64,000 nucleotides of DNA from Eukaryota sp. GEM-RC1 (lineage: Eukaryota): contig JAUFOQ010000002.1 of the NCBI GenBank assembly GCA_040285855.1, positions 1,426,001 through 1,490,000 on the forward strand, written 5' to 3'. Shown here piece after piece: positions 48,901-61,309 of this stretch. Under the pieces are notes generated by a model. It saw nothing but the letters and a program-made list of their open reading frames with translations, searched no databases and was not told where the DNA came from. The translations under genes were made by a program, and so were the position numbers. The stretch's first letter is position 1. Each line of letters begins with the position of its first letter.

Positions 48901-49709
48901 TATGAATGAGCTTTTAAAACCAAGAGACTATTTCATTTTTGTTATTTTGGCTACTGAGTTTGGGTGTCCTGGAAACTAAAGCTATGGCCAAGGGTTTAAT
49001 TAGTGAAGTTTCATGTAAGCCTAAAATGTTGTATAATCTACTAACTGGCTCATTAGGGCTGTTGATCTCAATCGTTCTACGTGATTTTGATTCAGAAAAG
49101 GAAGGTGGTGATGATACCAACGAAACTGAGTGCGATCAAACAGCGAATGATGTCGTCGATGCTCTCTTTTGAATTCTAATGTCATCAATGATATTAAAGT
49201 TTTACCAATTTCGATTGATCAATCAAAGTTTGTATCAATTTTAGATTTAATGGCAAAGAGTTTAAGCAGTTTTACTGAGCGCAACTCAATTTCATTAAAG
49301 TATGTTGATCGACTTTGTACAAGTTTTAATGTTGAACAAAACCTTGCATTTTTTAAAATTATTGGGAAATTTTCTTTATCTGGAACTCGTGCACTCAAAT
49401 CCTTTTGCAAATACTTCCAGATATAAAACATGTCTATAGTAATCCTGTATTACTAACAGGATTTCAGGCCCTTTTGAAAGTCATTAAGCCTAAAAAGACT
49501 GTTAAAGAAACAACAGCCGACACTTCTGAAATATATTCTGAAATTTGTGGAAAATTTGAGAATATTTGCGAAGAGATGGGCATTGAATTAAATGCTCCAA
49601 AAAACCAAAAACAACAAAACCAAAAACAAGCAAGAAGACGAAAGTTAAAGAAGAAGAGGAAATCTCTGAAAGTGAATTAGATGAATTCTCTGAAGATGAC
49701 GATTTCTAA
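45938..49709 (+). CDS. NCAPD2: Condensin complex subunit 1 (CAP-D2/Cnd1), HEAT repeats
   Basis: RLLDKSSRVRKTA, DLIIRYPSIVE, TLSYLIMNELLK and LYNLL motifs; ~1250 aa after joining ORFs across six frameshifts. Confidence 0.75.
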
Positions 49710-49749
49710 AATCCTTTAAATTAAAATATTCAAAATAAATTCTGTACAC

Positions 49750-50745
49750 TTACTTTTTTTCTTTCACAACTTTCTCCACATTATCTGCGAAGCCTCTGCC
49801 CTCATCAGACGAATCCTCTTCTAAACACACAGTTCCATTCAAAACACTAAATCTATACACTGTTTCCTCGACCATTCTACTATGAATCCATCCTAAAACA
49901 TATTCCCCGGTACCAAAGATTCTTCTTGGGTCCCATTCACGTACGTTATTGAACTCAGTTGTTCGTGGTAATCGTCGGCAAAGAGTTGGGTAGTAGTTGA
50001 CATCACGAAGTTCAGATCCGGAAACTATTCCATTTGAATGGTAAATTGTCAGAATTTGGGAAACACCACCTAGAGCTGATTGAACGAAGGTTTTCATTGC
50101 TTTTTCGCATTTAGTGTAATTGCTGGATTTGGAATTAGTATGTGCGGTTTTAATCTCAGTAAACTTTCCATTTCCGTCGATGCAATCAGTTTCACAGGCA
50201 ATCAAAATTTTGATTGGATTCTGGTGATTGTTTCCGATAAAAAACGTTTCAACTAAATTTACAAAGGAAGCATCACGTTGTTGATTCAGCATAACTCTCT
50301 CCACTTGACGTCCTATATACATACTCCTCCGATGATTTTCATTAACAACACGAGTAGGTGAATGAATCATTCCAAAGAAGACAGTGTTATTATGCTTGAC
50401 AGCAAATGCAGAAAAGGTATCATCTGATAGATAGGACAACATTGCAATACGTGAAATAGTATTACGGTAACTAACAAAATGGTAAGAATTCCATGGTATG
50501 TTCTTTTGGTTGATGGCAGTGAGAATACAAGGTGTTTCTTCAGCTGCTGAAGGATCAGAGATACTGGAAGAAGAAGAATAACCAGAGAGAAGGTTGGTAC
50601 CTTTATTGGGTAACTTACAGACTGGAAAGGATACGTCATCAGTATTAATAGTACCATCCAGCTTTTGATAGGAGCATATGATACGGGGAGTTCCTAAAGA
50701 CCCAGCTAAATGGGAGGTGCAAGGTTTGGGTAGAGAGAGGTTCAT
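49750..50745 (-). CDS. DXO: DXO/Rai1 family decapping exoribonuclease
   Basis: FVSYRN, GRQVE, ACETDC, FTEIKT and FVQSALGGV motifs in family order. Confidence 0.8.
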   Translation of the reverse strand: MNLSLPKPCTSHLAGSLGTPRIICSYQKLDGTINTDDVSFPVCKLPNKGTNLLSGYSSSSSISDPSAAEETPCILTAINQKNIPWNSYHFVSYRNTISRIAMLSYLSDDTFSAFAVKHNNTVFFGMIHSPTRVVNENHRRSMYIGRQVERVMLNQQRDASFVNLVETFFIGNNHQNPIKILIACETDCIDGNGKFTEIKTAHTNSKSSNYTKCEKAMKTFVQSALGGVSQILTIYHSNGIVSGSELRDVNYYPTLCRRLPRTTEFNNVREWDPRRIFGTGEYVLGWIHSRMVEETVYRFSVLNGTVCLEEDSSDEGRGFADNVEKVVKEKK

Positions 50746-50847
50746 CAATTCAATTTGGTCTGGTCAGGGCAAAAACGGTTATACCTTTATAACTTATACG
50801 ATTAAGAAAAAGTTGACCATTTTGTCACACGTATAGATCTAGCCGAT

Positions 50848-51532
50848 CAGGGGTCATTCAAAAAGTAATTGCAATATATTGTACGTTGTACTTTTCCACC
50901 GTACTTTCCACTGTACTGTAATACTGTACTGTAATACTGTATGTCATTGCAATATTGTATTACAATAATTGGTCCTCCTGCAATACGATATTGCAACATT
51001 TTCTCAACGACAAATTCTTTTTCTTAACATATCTCTAAATAAATTCTGCATGCAGTGTATCTATCAATGTATTGTTTACAAAACTAGTTTTCGGTGAGCA
51101 ACTGTTTCAGCAAATTGATTATTCCAATTGTACTCATCTTTTAGATGAAAATACTCCATGTTTCAGATGGAAATACGAATGGATCTCTTACTGTCGATTT
51201 GCTGAGACAGCTTTGATCACTGAATTTGGTTGCTTTACTTACAGGGTCACACAACTAATGACTCAGCTGACATAACAATTCGTCTTTTCAAATCCATCAT
51301 CTTAGTTACGCGTTAGATTATTCACTTTACAACACCAGCCAATTAGTCATATTATTAGCTATGAATACACCACTACTAGTAGTATAACAAGAAAAATCAA
51401 TAGAATGTGTCCAAAAGTCGTCTGATTATTGCTTACAATAACTGCAATCGATCACACGCAATATTGAACTACAATAATCCAAGTATGTGCAATACAGTAT
51501 TGCAAAATGCAATTACTTTTTGAACAGTCCTG
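50848..51532. mobile_element. hAT-type MITE (older)
   Basis: TIR CAGG....TTCAAAAAGTAATTGCA at both ends; TSD degenerate. Confidence 0.8.
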
Positions 51533-52631
51533 AGTCTGGTATGTAGTGGTGTCAAATGCAAACTTTTTCAGAAATGAAATGCGTCAAAGTATCTCAAATG
51601 CACACATCTCTGAGGATTTTAACAGGCGTTTTGATCACTGTTGTAAAAAAAATGCGTACCGTACTCTATTTGCTGTACATCACCGTAAAATACCAGTGTC
51701 TCAGAAGTTGTGCGTAGTATTACTGTAGTAATAGATCAAGTATGTAAGTCTAATTGTGGTGGAACAGTGTAATGTCAGGCTTTTGTTTACGGATGTAACA
51801 TCAAATGATAGAGCCACAATTAGATGTGAAATAAAACGCAATTATCGTCGTGGTCCTACTTCAAGACAGGAACCAATAATACAAGCATAGATAACGGTAT
51901 GCATGTATTTGACGTAACGTTCTTTTCAAGTACACAAACTGCTAGTTATTTTGATTCAGTTTTTTAAACTAATTAAGAAACTAGGAAAACACTTTAGAAA
52001 ACAACTGTTTTGGAAGAACAGTTTCCTATTGTTTTTACCCGTAGAAAGGCCATATCAAAGATCAGGGTTCTAATGTTCTTAAATACTCGGCAAAAATCTA
52101 CAGAATTAGATGGTGAAAGAAATCGAACAAAAAGAGCGTCACAATGAGATTCACTTTACCAGAGTAACACTGTTAAAAGGAAAAATTTCAAATGGTTTCC
52201 CCAAGTAAAGTCAGAACCAGTTTTAAGTTCTAATGTCAAAGAATTCAAGATGTACAAAAAATCTATTTTAGTAGAATATAAATTTTTCGTTCAGCAACCT
52301 AAATCATGAAGGGCTGATTACGGTAAGAAGATGGTAGTATGTTAATCATTGAGGGACAAAGTTACTTTACTATTGCAAAAACATTTCGGAACTTTAAAAC
52401 TGAGAAGGTTAATAAATGAAACGTATATAGTCGCAACAGTATCTAAATCGTTCAATTTGCAATACATTTAAATGAATTGCAAAAATTCACTTCATGAAAG
52501 ATCATCAACAAGTTCCTACTAAAGGTATATGCTCAGATTTAGGAGTGTTCAATTTACTGAGCTGCTCAACTCCTAAATCTGAGCTCCATATAGTTTTCAA
52601 CTGGAAACGTAGAAATTTTTGACCGCTACGA

Positions 52632-53120
52632 ATGACTGTCTCTGCACTTTCCCTTTTGCTTGTTCTTTCTTTGGTCATAGTGATTGATGCCAAATGCGCT
52701 GGAGGTTCTCCTTATCTGTGGGGTAACATGCGATGCTTCTGTGATATGCAAAAGTATGCCAATGACCATGGATCTCCCCCTGATGCCAAAGCTTACTGGA
52801 TGGGTGCATCTGCTGGCTTTAGTCAGGGATACTGCAAAGTTTGCAGTGCCTACTTCAACGGAATTGATGATACCGATGAAGAATCTCTTTCTACTAACGT
52901 TGGTACAGGTGCTGACTTAAGCAATGAGAAAATCGTTTTTCCTGTTATGCAATGCCTAACCAAAAGGTATATTTCTCGTGGTACCTCTAATTCTAGATCT
53001 CAATCTATGAATTATGCTATTTGTGTTGAATGGGCCAGGACCAAAACACATGTTTTTGTTAACAGCAATTGGAACATTCGATTCTCTGAACAACATAGAA
53101 CTTCTCCTGCTTGTATGTAG
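52632..53120 (+). CDS. Small secreted Cys-rich protein
   Basis: Signal peptide MTVSALSLLLVLSLVIVIDA; 8 Cys in the mature part. Confidence 0.7.
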   Translation: MTVSALSLLLVLSLVIVIDAKCAGGSPYLWGNMRCFCDMQKYANDHGSPPDAKAYWMGASAGFSQGYCKVCSAYFNGIDDTDEESLSTNVGTGADLSNEKIVFPVMQCLTKRYISRGTSNSRSQSMNYAICVEWARTKTHVFVNSNWNIRFSEQHRTSPACM

Positions 53121-53500
53121 TTCTCTTCAATTCATCTTAGTTTGTAGCCTGTGTGGTCCTACCGATCCTTGTAATGGTGAGATTCGTGGTTAATCTCAAC
53201 TCTATTAATAGGTAATAGTCACTGTACATATTCATTAAATTATTTATTAATTGACTTGACTTACTGATTACAGTATCTAATGATTGATTTGAATGGAAGT
53301 CGCTACCAACTAGATCATCAGTATTTCTTACAATGCTACATGTACAAGAAAAGTGAAAGAACAGAGGGTGTAGCTTTTACTCCCTGAATATGCTGTCTAA
53401 AAGGTTCAATAGACGGAATATTCTAGAAAGAATCGTTTATAGGGAAAAACTAATTTTGCTTAATTAATTAATTTGTGAAACAATTTTAGTGATCTCCTTT

Positions 53501-54029
53501 CAGGGACAGACAACAATTTATTGGTATTGCAATAAATTGGTATTGGGAATACTTTCTATTGATTGCAAACCGTGTTCCAATAATTTTCCAATACAGTACA
53601 ATATATTGACAATAACTCTTTGTTGTCAAATGTGCCTACTTTTGAAGAATAATTGTCAAGGTGTACATTTTTGACACTTGACTTGATCAAAGTAAAGTGT
53701 CATAAGCACCAACATCCTTTGTAACAGTTTGTGCTTCGTATATTTCACCAACGAGTAGACAGAAATAAGCTAGATGCTATTGCTGAACGTTTCTTTTGTG
53801 ATTGAAGATGCTTCTGTTGTGGTTTGTATTCGAATTGAATCATGTGATCAGTGTGAGTCAATAACTTCAAGTATTTAGTGAAATTTGATCTGTACTTATG
53901 TCTCTTTGACATGTGTTTTATCTGATTTTATTGGACCAATTTATTGCAGTAATTGGACCAATACCAATTATTGATTGGGATCTAAGATTTTGTAGAAATA
54001 CTATTGCAATAAATTGTTGCCAGTCCCTG
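53501..54029. mobile_element. hAT-type MITE
   Basis: TIR CAGGGAC(A/T)G(A/G)CAACAATTTATTG; both flanks contain ATCTCC (degenerate TSD). Confidence 0.85.
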
Positions 54030-54221
54030 ATCTCCCCTCATGCTGCATTGTTTTTACATTGAAATCCATCTTGTGACACTTGTTACTGTAAAAGTCTATA
54101 TGTCCCCGAAACTCTACTATTGTAACAGACTCATACTAGCAAAGTAGTTTAGCGGGAGGACCAGAAGCTTTTGTTTGAATTGAGGACATGTTACTGGAAT
54201 TAATCACATCAAAAATCGAGA

Positions 54222-55127
54222 ATGTTTTTGACCTCGCCAGATAATGTTTTTGCGGAATGCCCAAGCTACTTCGCGTTCCATCGTGCTCGATTTAAATGGA
54301 TCCTACTTATCATTGCTGTTGAATACATACTAGTCGGCCTTATCTCTTTTTTCAAGTTTCTCAAGGCAATCCTATACGAAAAACACAAAGTCTTCTCATT
54401 CAAAAGTCTGTTTCTACTAGTCTGTTCCTTTGCAATGTTCTTCAGGGTTTACCCTATACTAACCAGTCCCACAAAGAAGAGCATGTTCTATGTCATTCTT
54501 GTTTGTATTGAGGGTCCACTGTATTTGCAATTCATCATTGTTAGTATGCTGCTGATATTCATTCTTCGCGCCTACTACTTTCTCCGATCTCGATCTGCTT
54601 CCGTTTTCCTCCCTACATGTATCTTTGCCTTTACTCTCCTGTTCCTTTGTACTGTTTTGGTTGCAATGTTTGCCTCTGACATCATTTCCAAAGACCGTGA
54701 TGACGTTTTAGAGCAGATTGCGGTGTTAAATGGGGTTATTTTTGGGATTTTGTTTCTACTACTCACTGTTCTAGGACGTTGGCTCTACAGCTCAATGTCT
54801 TCTCTCGCAATGACCAGTGCGTTAAGATTCAGACTCAAAGCCTTTCGAAAGATAATATTCATGTACAGTTCGCTCCAACTTTTCCGTTGTCTCTTCTCCT
54901 TTGCTAGGATATTTGGTTTTAATGCTATTCAGGAGCTAGCTGACAAGTGGTTCCAGGATCCGTTACTACAACACTGGTACTTCTTGTTCTATGTGATTTG
55001 GTATAATCTTGTTGAAATTGTTCCTTGTGTAATTGTAATTGTAGTTCTTGAAAATGTATTCCCTAGTCCAAGAGGGAGACTGTTGAACAAGAACATTGTA
55101 AATTATTATAGTCTTGTATTGCCTTAA
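54222..55127 (+). CDS. Multi-pass (about 7 TM) membrane protein, GPR137/TOM1-like
   Basis: Seven hydrophobic segments; EIVP motif in the last helix. Family assignment tentative. Confidence 0.65.
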   Translation: MFLTSPDNVFAECPSYFAFHRARFKWILLIIAVEYILVGLISFFKFLKAILYEKHKVFSFKSLFLLVCSFAMFFRVYPILTSPTKKSMFYVILVCIEGPLYLQFIIVSMLLIFILRAYYFLRSRSASVFLPTCIFAFTLLFLCTVLVAMFASDIISKDRDDVLEQIAVLNGVIFGILFLLLTVLGRWLYSSMSSLAMTSALRFRLKAFRKIIFMYSSLQLFRCLFSFARIFGFNAIQELADKWFQDPLLQHWYFLFYVIWYNLVEIVPCVIVIVVLENVFPSPRGRLLNKNIVNYYSLVLP

Positions 55128-55519
55128 AAAAGTTTTTTTCTCGAATCAATTCTCTTTGTAGTTAAGGTTAAACTCTCGTTCTGGATGTTAACTTGTTTGT
55201 TTCTTTTTAAATTTTTGGTAATACAGATGGTATGAGTATGGATGAACAATCGTTTGGTAATGTTGAACAAGAATTGTGTTTAGATAAATGTCAAAAAACA
55301 GATTTGTTACTTACATCTATATTAAGCACTTTATCTAGTGCCTTCCAGTTTTGGTTAGTGTACATTGTACGTGGTAAGTTGGTGTCCTCAAATAAAATAG
55401 CTTCCGTAAGCTCTATCCAACATCTTCTGCTGAGACAAAACTCAAATTCAACTCAAGAAGCAAACATTATTTGTTTACATAAATACAAAAAAAATATACA
55501 AAACAAAAAACTACTAGTA

Positions 55520-56212
55520 CTACTGGGCAACCGCAACCCTCTTTGATTTAGTTGGAGGACTTTTCTCCTCCTCCTTCATTTCTTCTTCAGAAGATTCCGC
55601 CGAGACGTCAGCTTGAGGAACGACCGTAACAGGAGTTGTTGGGAGAACTGGGGTTTTCTCATTGAATTCAAGTAGTTGTGATGTAGAAACTTCATTTAAT
55701 AATGATTCGTATTCATCTTCCACAGAGTCAATGTCTTCAGTTGATAAAGAATCAGTAAGTAAACGTGATATTTCTTCATGGTTCTGTTGATGGTCACGGA
55801 GTTCATCCATAATCATCTCCACCTTTTCCACAGACATTTCCTCCCCAATCTTACGTAGTAGAGAATTACCTTCAGTGATACCTTCCATTACAGCAGCTTG
55901 GATCTCAGCATCCTCTACTTGACTTAGAAGTTGTTCAAGGTTCATTAGATTCTGATCTGCTTGTTGTAGAAGGGTTTCTTGATACTTTTTCTGTTTGAGA
56001 CAGAGTAGAGCACGGTCCCGGTTGTTGTTTTTGACAAAAACATTGGCCTTGTGTTTAAGGTCCACAATAACTTTGTCTATTTTGAGTTGATATTGAGTAA
56101 GCTTGTCACGTTGAATTTTCAGTTTGAGAAGAACCTTATCAGAGTCAGAGACAACAGGACCCCGATTCCGTGGCGAAGGAGACGAAGGTTTTTTGGAGAA
56201 TAAGGCCCCCAT
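55520..56212 (-). CDS. VPS20: ESCRT-III subunit Vps20/CHMP6
   Basis: MGALFSK myristoylation start; DKVLLKLKIQRDKL; ALLCLKQKKYQETLL; acidic tail. Confidence 0.93.
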   Translation of the reverse strand: MGALFSKKPSSPSPRNRGPVVSDSDKVLLKLKIQRDKLTQYQLKIDKVIVDLKHKANVFVKNNNRDRALLCLKQKKYQETLLQQADQNLMNLEQLLSQVEDAEIQAAVMEGITEGNSLLRKIGEEMSVEKVEMIMDELRDHQQNHEEISRLLTDSLSTEDIDSVEDEYESLLNEVSTSQLLEFNEKTPVLPTTPVTVVPQADVSAESSEEEMKEEEKSPPTKSKRVAVAQ

Positions 56213-56267
56213 TAGAAATTGCCAGTGTGGGAAGGGAAGAAAAATCCTTCAACCGGCAGATTTCCTG

Positions 56268-57760
56268 ATGTCTTCAGTGACAAGGAAACGTCGAGTTTCT
56301 ACCAACAATTCTGCTGTTACAGCACCCCGGAAGCAGTCCCGTAACTTTCCTTCGTTAAAGTCTTCCAATGACACATCATCTCCTCAACTTGATGGTCCTG
56401 CTTTGATATTGAAAACCCAACAGTCCCAGAACGTCTCTCATTCTATTCTCGATAACTATGGTCAAAAGAATCCTCAGGAGCCGAGCTCTCATCTATTCTA
56501 AAGAAAGGCAAAGTCACCCTTCCAAAACCTAAGAGGGCTCTAGAGGAACCAACCAACATAACAAATGACTCCTATGTTTCTTGTTCGGAATCTGAAGATC
56601 CCATATGTGATGAAGATGGATACTTCATCGTCCGCCCGGGAGAGTTTCTCACTGATCGGTACAAGGTACAGAAGAAGCTGGGGGAAGGAACCTTTGGTAC
56701 TGTTGTTCAATGTTATGACTTCAAGAGGAAGACAACTGTCGCCATTAAGGTAGTAAGAAACGTTGAAAAGTACAGATATGCCGCTTTGGTGGAGAAAAAC
56801 CTGCTACGAGTCCTCTTCCAACGCAAGGCTTACAAGTACCACGCCATTACTTTGCTGGGATACTTCCAGTTTAATGGCCATATCTGTCTCTCTTTTGAAA
56901 AGGGTGGACCCTCGCTACTAGACATTCTACGCTCTTTCTCTCCAGATCCGGCTAAACCTCGAGGATTCAGTAAGCTATTGTTTGAAATGGTGGCGTATCA
57001 AATGTTTAGAGGTATATGCTTCCTTCATCAACAAGGCCTGATCCACACTGATTTAAAACCTGAGAACGTGCTGTTCGCCCATGAACCTGTTGATAGAAAA
57101 GAGCTCGATGTCCTCGCAAACCTGCCTAATGCCTCAATCAAAATTATTGACTTTGGATCTGCTATCTACAATGATGACCACCACCCAGCTGTTATTACAA
57201 CAAGACAATACAGAGCCCCTGAAGTTCTACTTGATCTAGGCTACTCCTTTCCTGCTGACGTTTGGTCCTTAGGATGTATTTTATTTGAGTTATATGTGGG
57301 ACGAATTCTATTCAGTACTCACAAAACTTGGGAGCATTTGCATTTAATTGAAGCTGTTACCCGAAAGAAGTTCCCAGTGGCAATGACTCGAGAGTTGTTA
57401 AAGAAGTATACTGTTGATTCAGCCAGGTGTTACTTCAATTCTGGTACGTGCCGGCTGGCAGAAATCACTGATAGAAGAGCTCAAAGGAAGGTTGGAAAAA
57501 CGGCAAGTCCAAGAAGTAGGGATATGATTGGTGATGATGCTGAGTTGGCCAAGACTGCTGAGAGGGTTCTCAAGTATAAGACAATTGAATCGCCATTGCA
57601 GTTGATTGATGACCCTAATGCACGTGATCTGATTTCAAAGTGTTTGATTATTGATCCTGATAGTAGAATCACTGCCATGGAAGCTTTGGAGCATGAGTAT
57701 TTTAAGGATGTTATGAAAGCTCCTTGGAGGACAAAACAAGCAGTAAGGGGAGGAAAATGA
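56268..57760 (+). CDS. CLK: CLK/LAMMER dual-specificity kinase
   Basis: DEDGYF, LGEGTFG, AIKVVR, IHTDLKPEN, IIDFGSA, TTRQYRAPEV and EHLHLIE (EHLAMME-like). A -1 shift at the A4 run near 56465 joins the N-terminus. Confidence 0.88.
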
Positions 57761-57899
57761 TGGAACTTTACGATTTCTTTTTAGTATTATTCGTTATGTT
57801 TTATATTTTTGAACGGTTTTAGAAGATATTCACAAATTTCAATCATTTGGCACATTCATTCCATAAAAATTAAATTTTGGAAATGAAATATAAAATACT

Positions 57900-58376
57900 T
57901 TAATCTTTGGATAATTGAGTCACACTTTTTGTATCGTTTAACAACTTAACTGTTGAACCTATTTCTGCTTCGAGATCCTTGATCCTTTGTTGAATTTCCA
58001 ATTTCAGTTTGTTGGAAAACTCAATATCTCTGTAATGTTCTAATAAGAACTTGAAATTGATAATAATAGTTTCAATCTCAGTGACTTTCGGAAGGTATTT
58101 CGAAGGAAACTTTATGGCGACACGGAGCAGTTCCATGAAGTTGAACAAGAGAGAACGATTCAGTTTCTTTAGTTCGGACTTAAGATCTGTAAGATCGGAT
58201 GGAAAGAGTTGTGTTGCTTGGTCGCTAAGGTTTTGTGCTTGTTTTACTAAAGGAAATGATTCATCAAAGGAGATGAAGGTGTTACCAGAATCTGATGGTG
58301 GTTCCGGTGGATCTAGACTATGTTCTTCAGTATACAATTGATAAAAAGGAGGAGGTGGAGGATATGTTGTGGACAT
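57900..58376 (-). CDS. MED7: Mediator subunit 7
   Basis: YPPPPPFYQLY; ELKKLNRSLLFNFMELL; INFKFLLEHYR. Confidence 0.9.
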   Translation of the reverse strand: MSTTYPPPPPFYQLYTEEHSLDPPEPPSDSGNTFISFDESFPLVKQAQNLSDQATQLFPSDLTDLKSELKKLNRSLLFNFMELLRVAIKFPSKYLPKVTEIETIIINFKFLLEHYRDIEFSNKLKLEIQQRIKDLEAEIGSTVKLLNDTKSVTQLSKD

Positions 58377-58607
58377 CTACTAGTAGTAGTACTTAGAAGT
58401 GTACTAAAAACTGTCACTTAATGCTTGAAAACAGTATGAATGCTATAAGACGCTCTGTTCACACTCCTGACTCTACATGGTATGACTAACTCACAAAATA
58501 CTGTAGAACAGTCCAGGGTACATAATTTACATTTATTACAGTGAACCGAATCTACTTCAAGACACGGTTACACTTAAGACATTGGTTATAATACAGCGAA
58601 ACCCTGT

Positions 58608-58980
58608 TTAGAAACTTAGGTTCGGATTGTTCTCCTTATTCTGACTGGTAGGATTAGTGTTGGTATCCTGTCGTGTTCGTTGTTGTTTGGGAGCTCGCAT
58701 TCGATTTATCGATAGATTGGAATTGGTGGATGATGTCACTCCAAAAGAACTGTTCAGAGACAGTTTAACAGAAGAACAAGGAGGGAAAGGACGTACGTTT
58801 GGGACTCTTTGTTTGAGTTGTCGGGAAGCAATCGGACGTGAAACATGACAAGGTAATCCCCCCGTAAAAAAATCTACCGGACACAAAGATCGCTGGCGAG
58901 GATCGAGGGAAGCAAGATGGATCGTACTGCCATTCTTCCTCCAGTAGAAGAGGAAGAAGCGGATCAATTGGATCACTCAT
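58608..58980 (-). CDS. Hypothetical protein (one +1 frameshift at a G6 run)
   Basis: ORF from ATG 58980 can be joined to 58608-58976 near 58860. Confidence 0.35.
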
Positions 58981-59574
58981 GTCTTTGCTATTTGAGCGCT
59001 GACGATTTGAAACTAATTTTGTATCAGATTTTCTGCAACTTCATTCACCAGCTTGGTGGTGAAATTTTACAGTATTAGTTCATTCCTCAACCAATGCATG
59101 GTCGCTGTGAGCTTTCTAAAAATCCACTAGTGTTCAAAGTTTGATGGAAAATTTTAGATAGCTTGTTTGTGAATCCGTTTTGTCTTTGAACACTTCTGGT
59201 ACTTTGTTCTTTACTAGTATATGTTATGTATAGTAAAAAGAGTGGCAGCACTATCCTATCCGTCTTTGATGGAACGCGTTAGATTTTAATGTTAGTTGCC
59301 GTAGGTGATTCCAAGCTGTGTTCAACATGGTGTTGGAAAATATTTAACACGTGTTGAGTGTTGGCGCCAACACGTGTTGAATAAATTCTGAGCAGGAGAA
59401 CAGAATAACTCACTTTAAGATCAACCAACGGAAAAACACATCTATTTTTCACTCATGTTACACCCGAACCAAGTTGATAAATTGGAACTGATTTTCAACG
59501 ATTCCAGAACTGATAACATGAGGAGCTCATCAATAATCTCTACAAGTATAGTATAGTTACGTAGTCATTATAAT

Positions 59575-61032
59575 TCATCTAATTGTTTGGAAAAAATTGG
59601 TTCAGAACTCAACACAATTTCTTCATATGATATTGAAAAACATATCAAGTTTTTATTTTAAAAATTTGTTACTCCGGAAAAATCTTTTGAGATGTACTGC
59701 TCCTTCAGTCGCTCTGAACTTTTGAAGATCTTTTTTTAACGAGTTGAGGATTCATTTTTTTTTGCTTCATTGTTAGAAGTTGATTCAACGTTACTTAGAA
59801 GTCATTTGTTTACTTCTGCTCATTTTGGTGGTATTGGTTTTACGAAATCTTCAATTCTTTGCAAATCTGCTTTTTTTGGCGATTGCGGTGGAAAAAATTT
59901 ATCTTTGAATTTGTTAATCGATTCCCTAATGATATTTCACTTATTAACCCCAATTCATGTAAATATTTATTTGACTTAAACGAAGCGTTAATCAAATTAC
60001 CTTTTGACGTTTGGTCTCAGTGTTTCCCAGAATCTGTGCCTGAAATACCTGAAAGATGTTTGACTAATCTTCAGTTCTGTCTGAAAAAGTTACAACACCA
60101 ACTTACAAAATTATTTGAAAGCTTGGATTATAATGTTCGACTTGGCATGGCCAAGGAAAAAAATTCCGCTTTTGCAAATTTCTTAACGGATGTTTCTAAT
60201 AGCTCTGCGTCATGTCTGATTACTCAAATCCCTCAAGTTCACGGTCTTCTTCTTGATGATAACTCTTGGTCATTAAACATGCGTATACGGTCATATATTT
60301 AGCCTGATAACCTTCCACATAATTTGAAATGTCAATGTGGGCAATCTGTAACACCTACACATTTATTGAATTGTAACCGTTGTATTTCTTTTTAGAAGTA
60401 AGGTTCATGATTCAGTAAGGGATCGATTATAGTGTATCTGTAAATCTTATGGAATAGTTTCCTTTTTAGAACCAGTTCTGGCTGGTTTGTTTGATGATAC
60501 AGATGTTGACAAATTGTTTGGAAATAGCCGTGGGGATGTCATATTTCCTGGTCTCGATGGATCTTTCATTATTGCTGATGTTATGTCTATCGATGTTTGT
60601 AATGATTCCAACAAGAAACTTGCTAAATCTTATGCTAAAAACCCCTTGTTGATTGGTGAAAAATTTATAATGCAAAAATATTGTGCTAAATTGAAATTAT
60701 TGAATTCGGCTTCACACTCGAATTACTTGTTGTACCCTTTTGTATTTTCACTGCACGGTTCTTTAGGTGAATCTGCAACATAATTACTTGAAATCTTTGT
60801 GAAGATTGTAAAAGAAAAAACATCTAGGACTTTTGATCTTAGATTCTGGAAAAATCGAATCGTGTTTGCTATCTTTAAAGGCATGGTGACTTCTGTATCT
60901 AGCGCTTTATTATCTCTTGGCAGACATTATGAGGATAAGGTAGGTGAAAATTTGCAGATAGGCAATCTGGACTTTGAGGATATTGATTATTAGATGTATG
61001 TACAATGTAGTGTTTTTGTCAATACAACTTTT
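59575..61032 (+). mobile_element. Decayed CRE-like RLE retroposon
   Basis: FGGIGF, CQCG..HLLNC, HDSVRD, RGDVIFP..IADVMSID and PFVFSLHG motifs; many stops. Confidence 0.85.
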
Positions 61033-61238
61033 CAATGAAAAAACAAATATAATTCATTTATAAACATCTTGTAGCAGGAATCGCTACAGTTTAAAGAACA
61101 ATGATGTTGGATTGAATTTGGACATCCTCAGTATCAATCACAGGACTGCTGTACCTATATCCATTAAGAAACAAGGAAGTCTTATCATTGTGGCGTGAAC
61201 TATTCATCAGCGCGTATGGAGCAACTTATCTTTGTACC

Positions 61239-61309
61239 GCGTGAATAGTACAATGGTAGTATGCCTGCCTTCCAAGCAGATGACCCGGGTTCGATTCCCG
61301 GTTCACGCA
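61239..61309 (+). tRNA. tRNA-Gly(TCC)
   Basis: Acceptor stem GCGTGAA/TTCACGC; anticodon loop CT-TCC-AA; T arm CCGGG-TTCGATT-CCCGG; T5 terminator. Confidence 0.95.
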
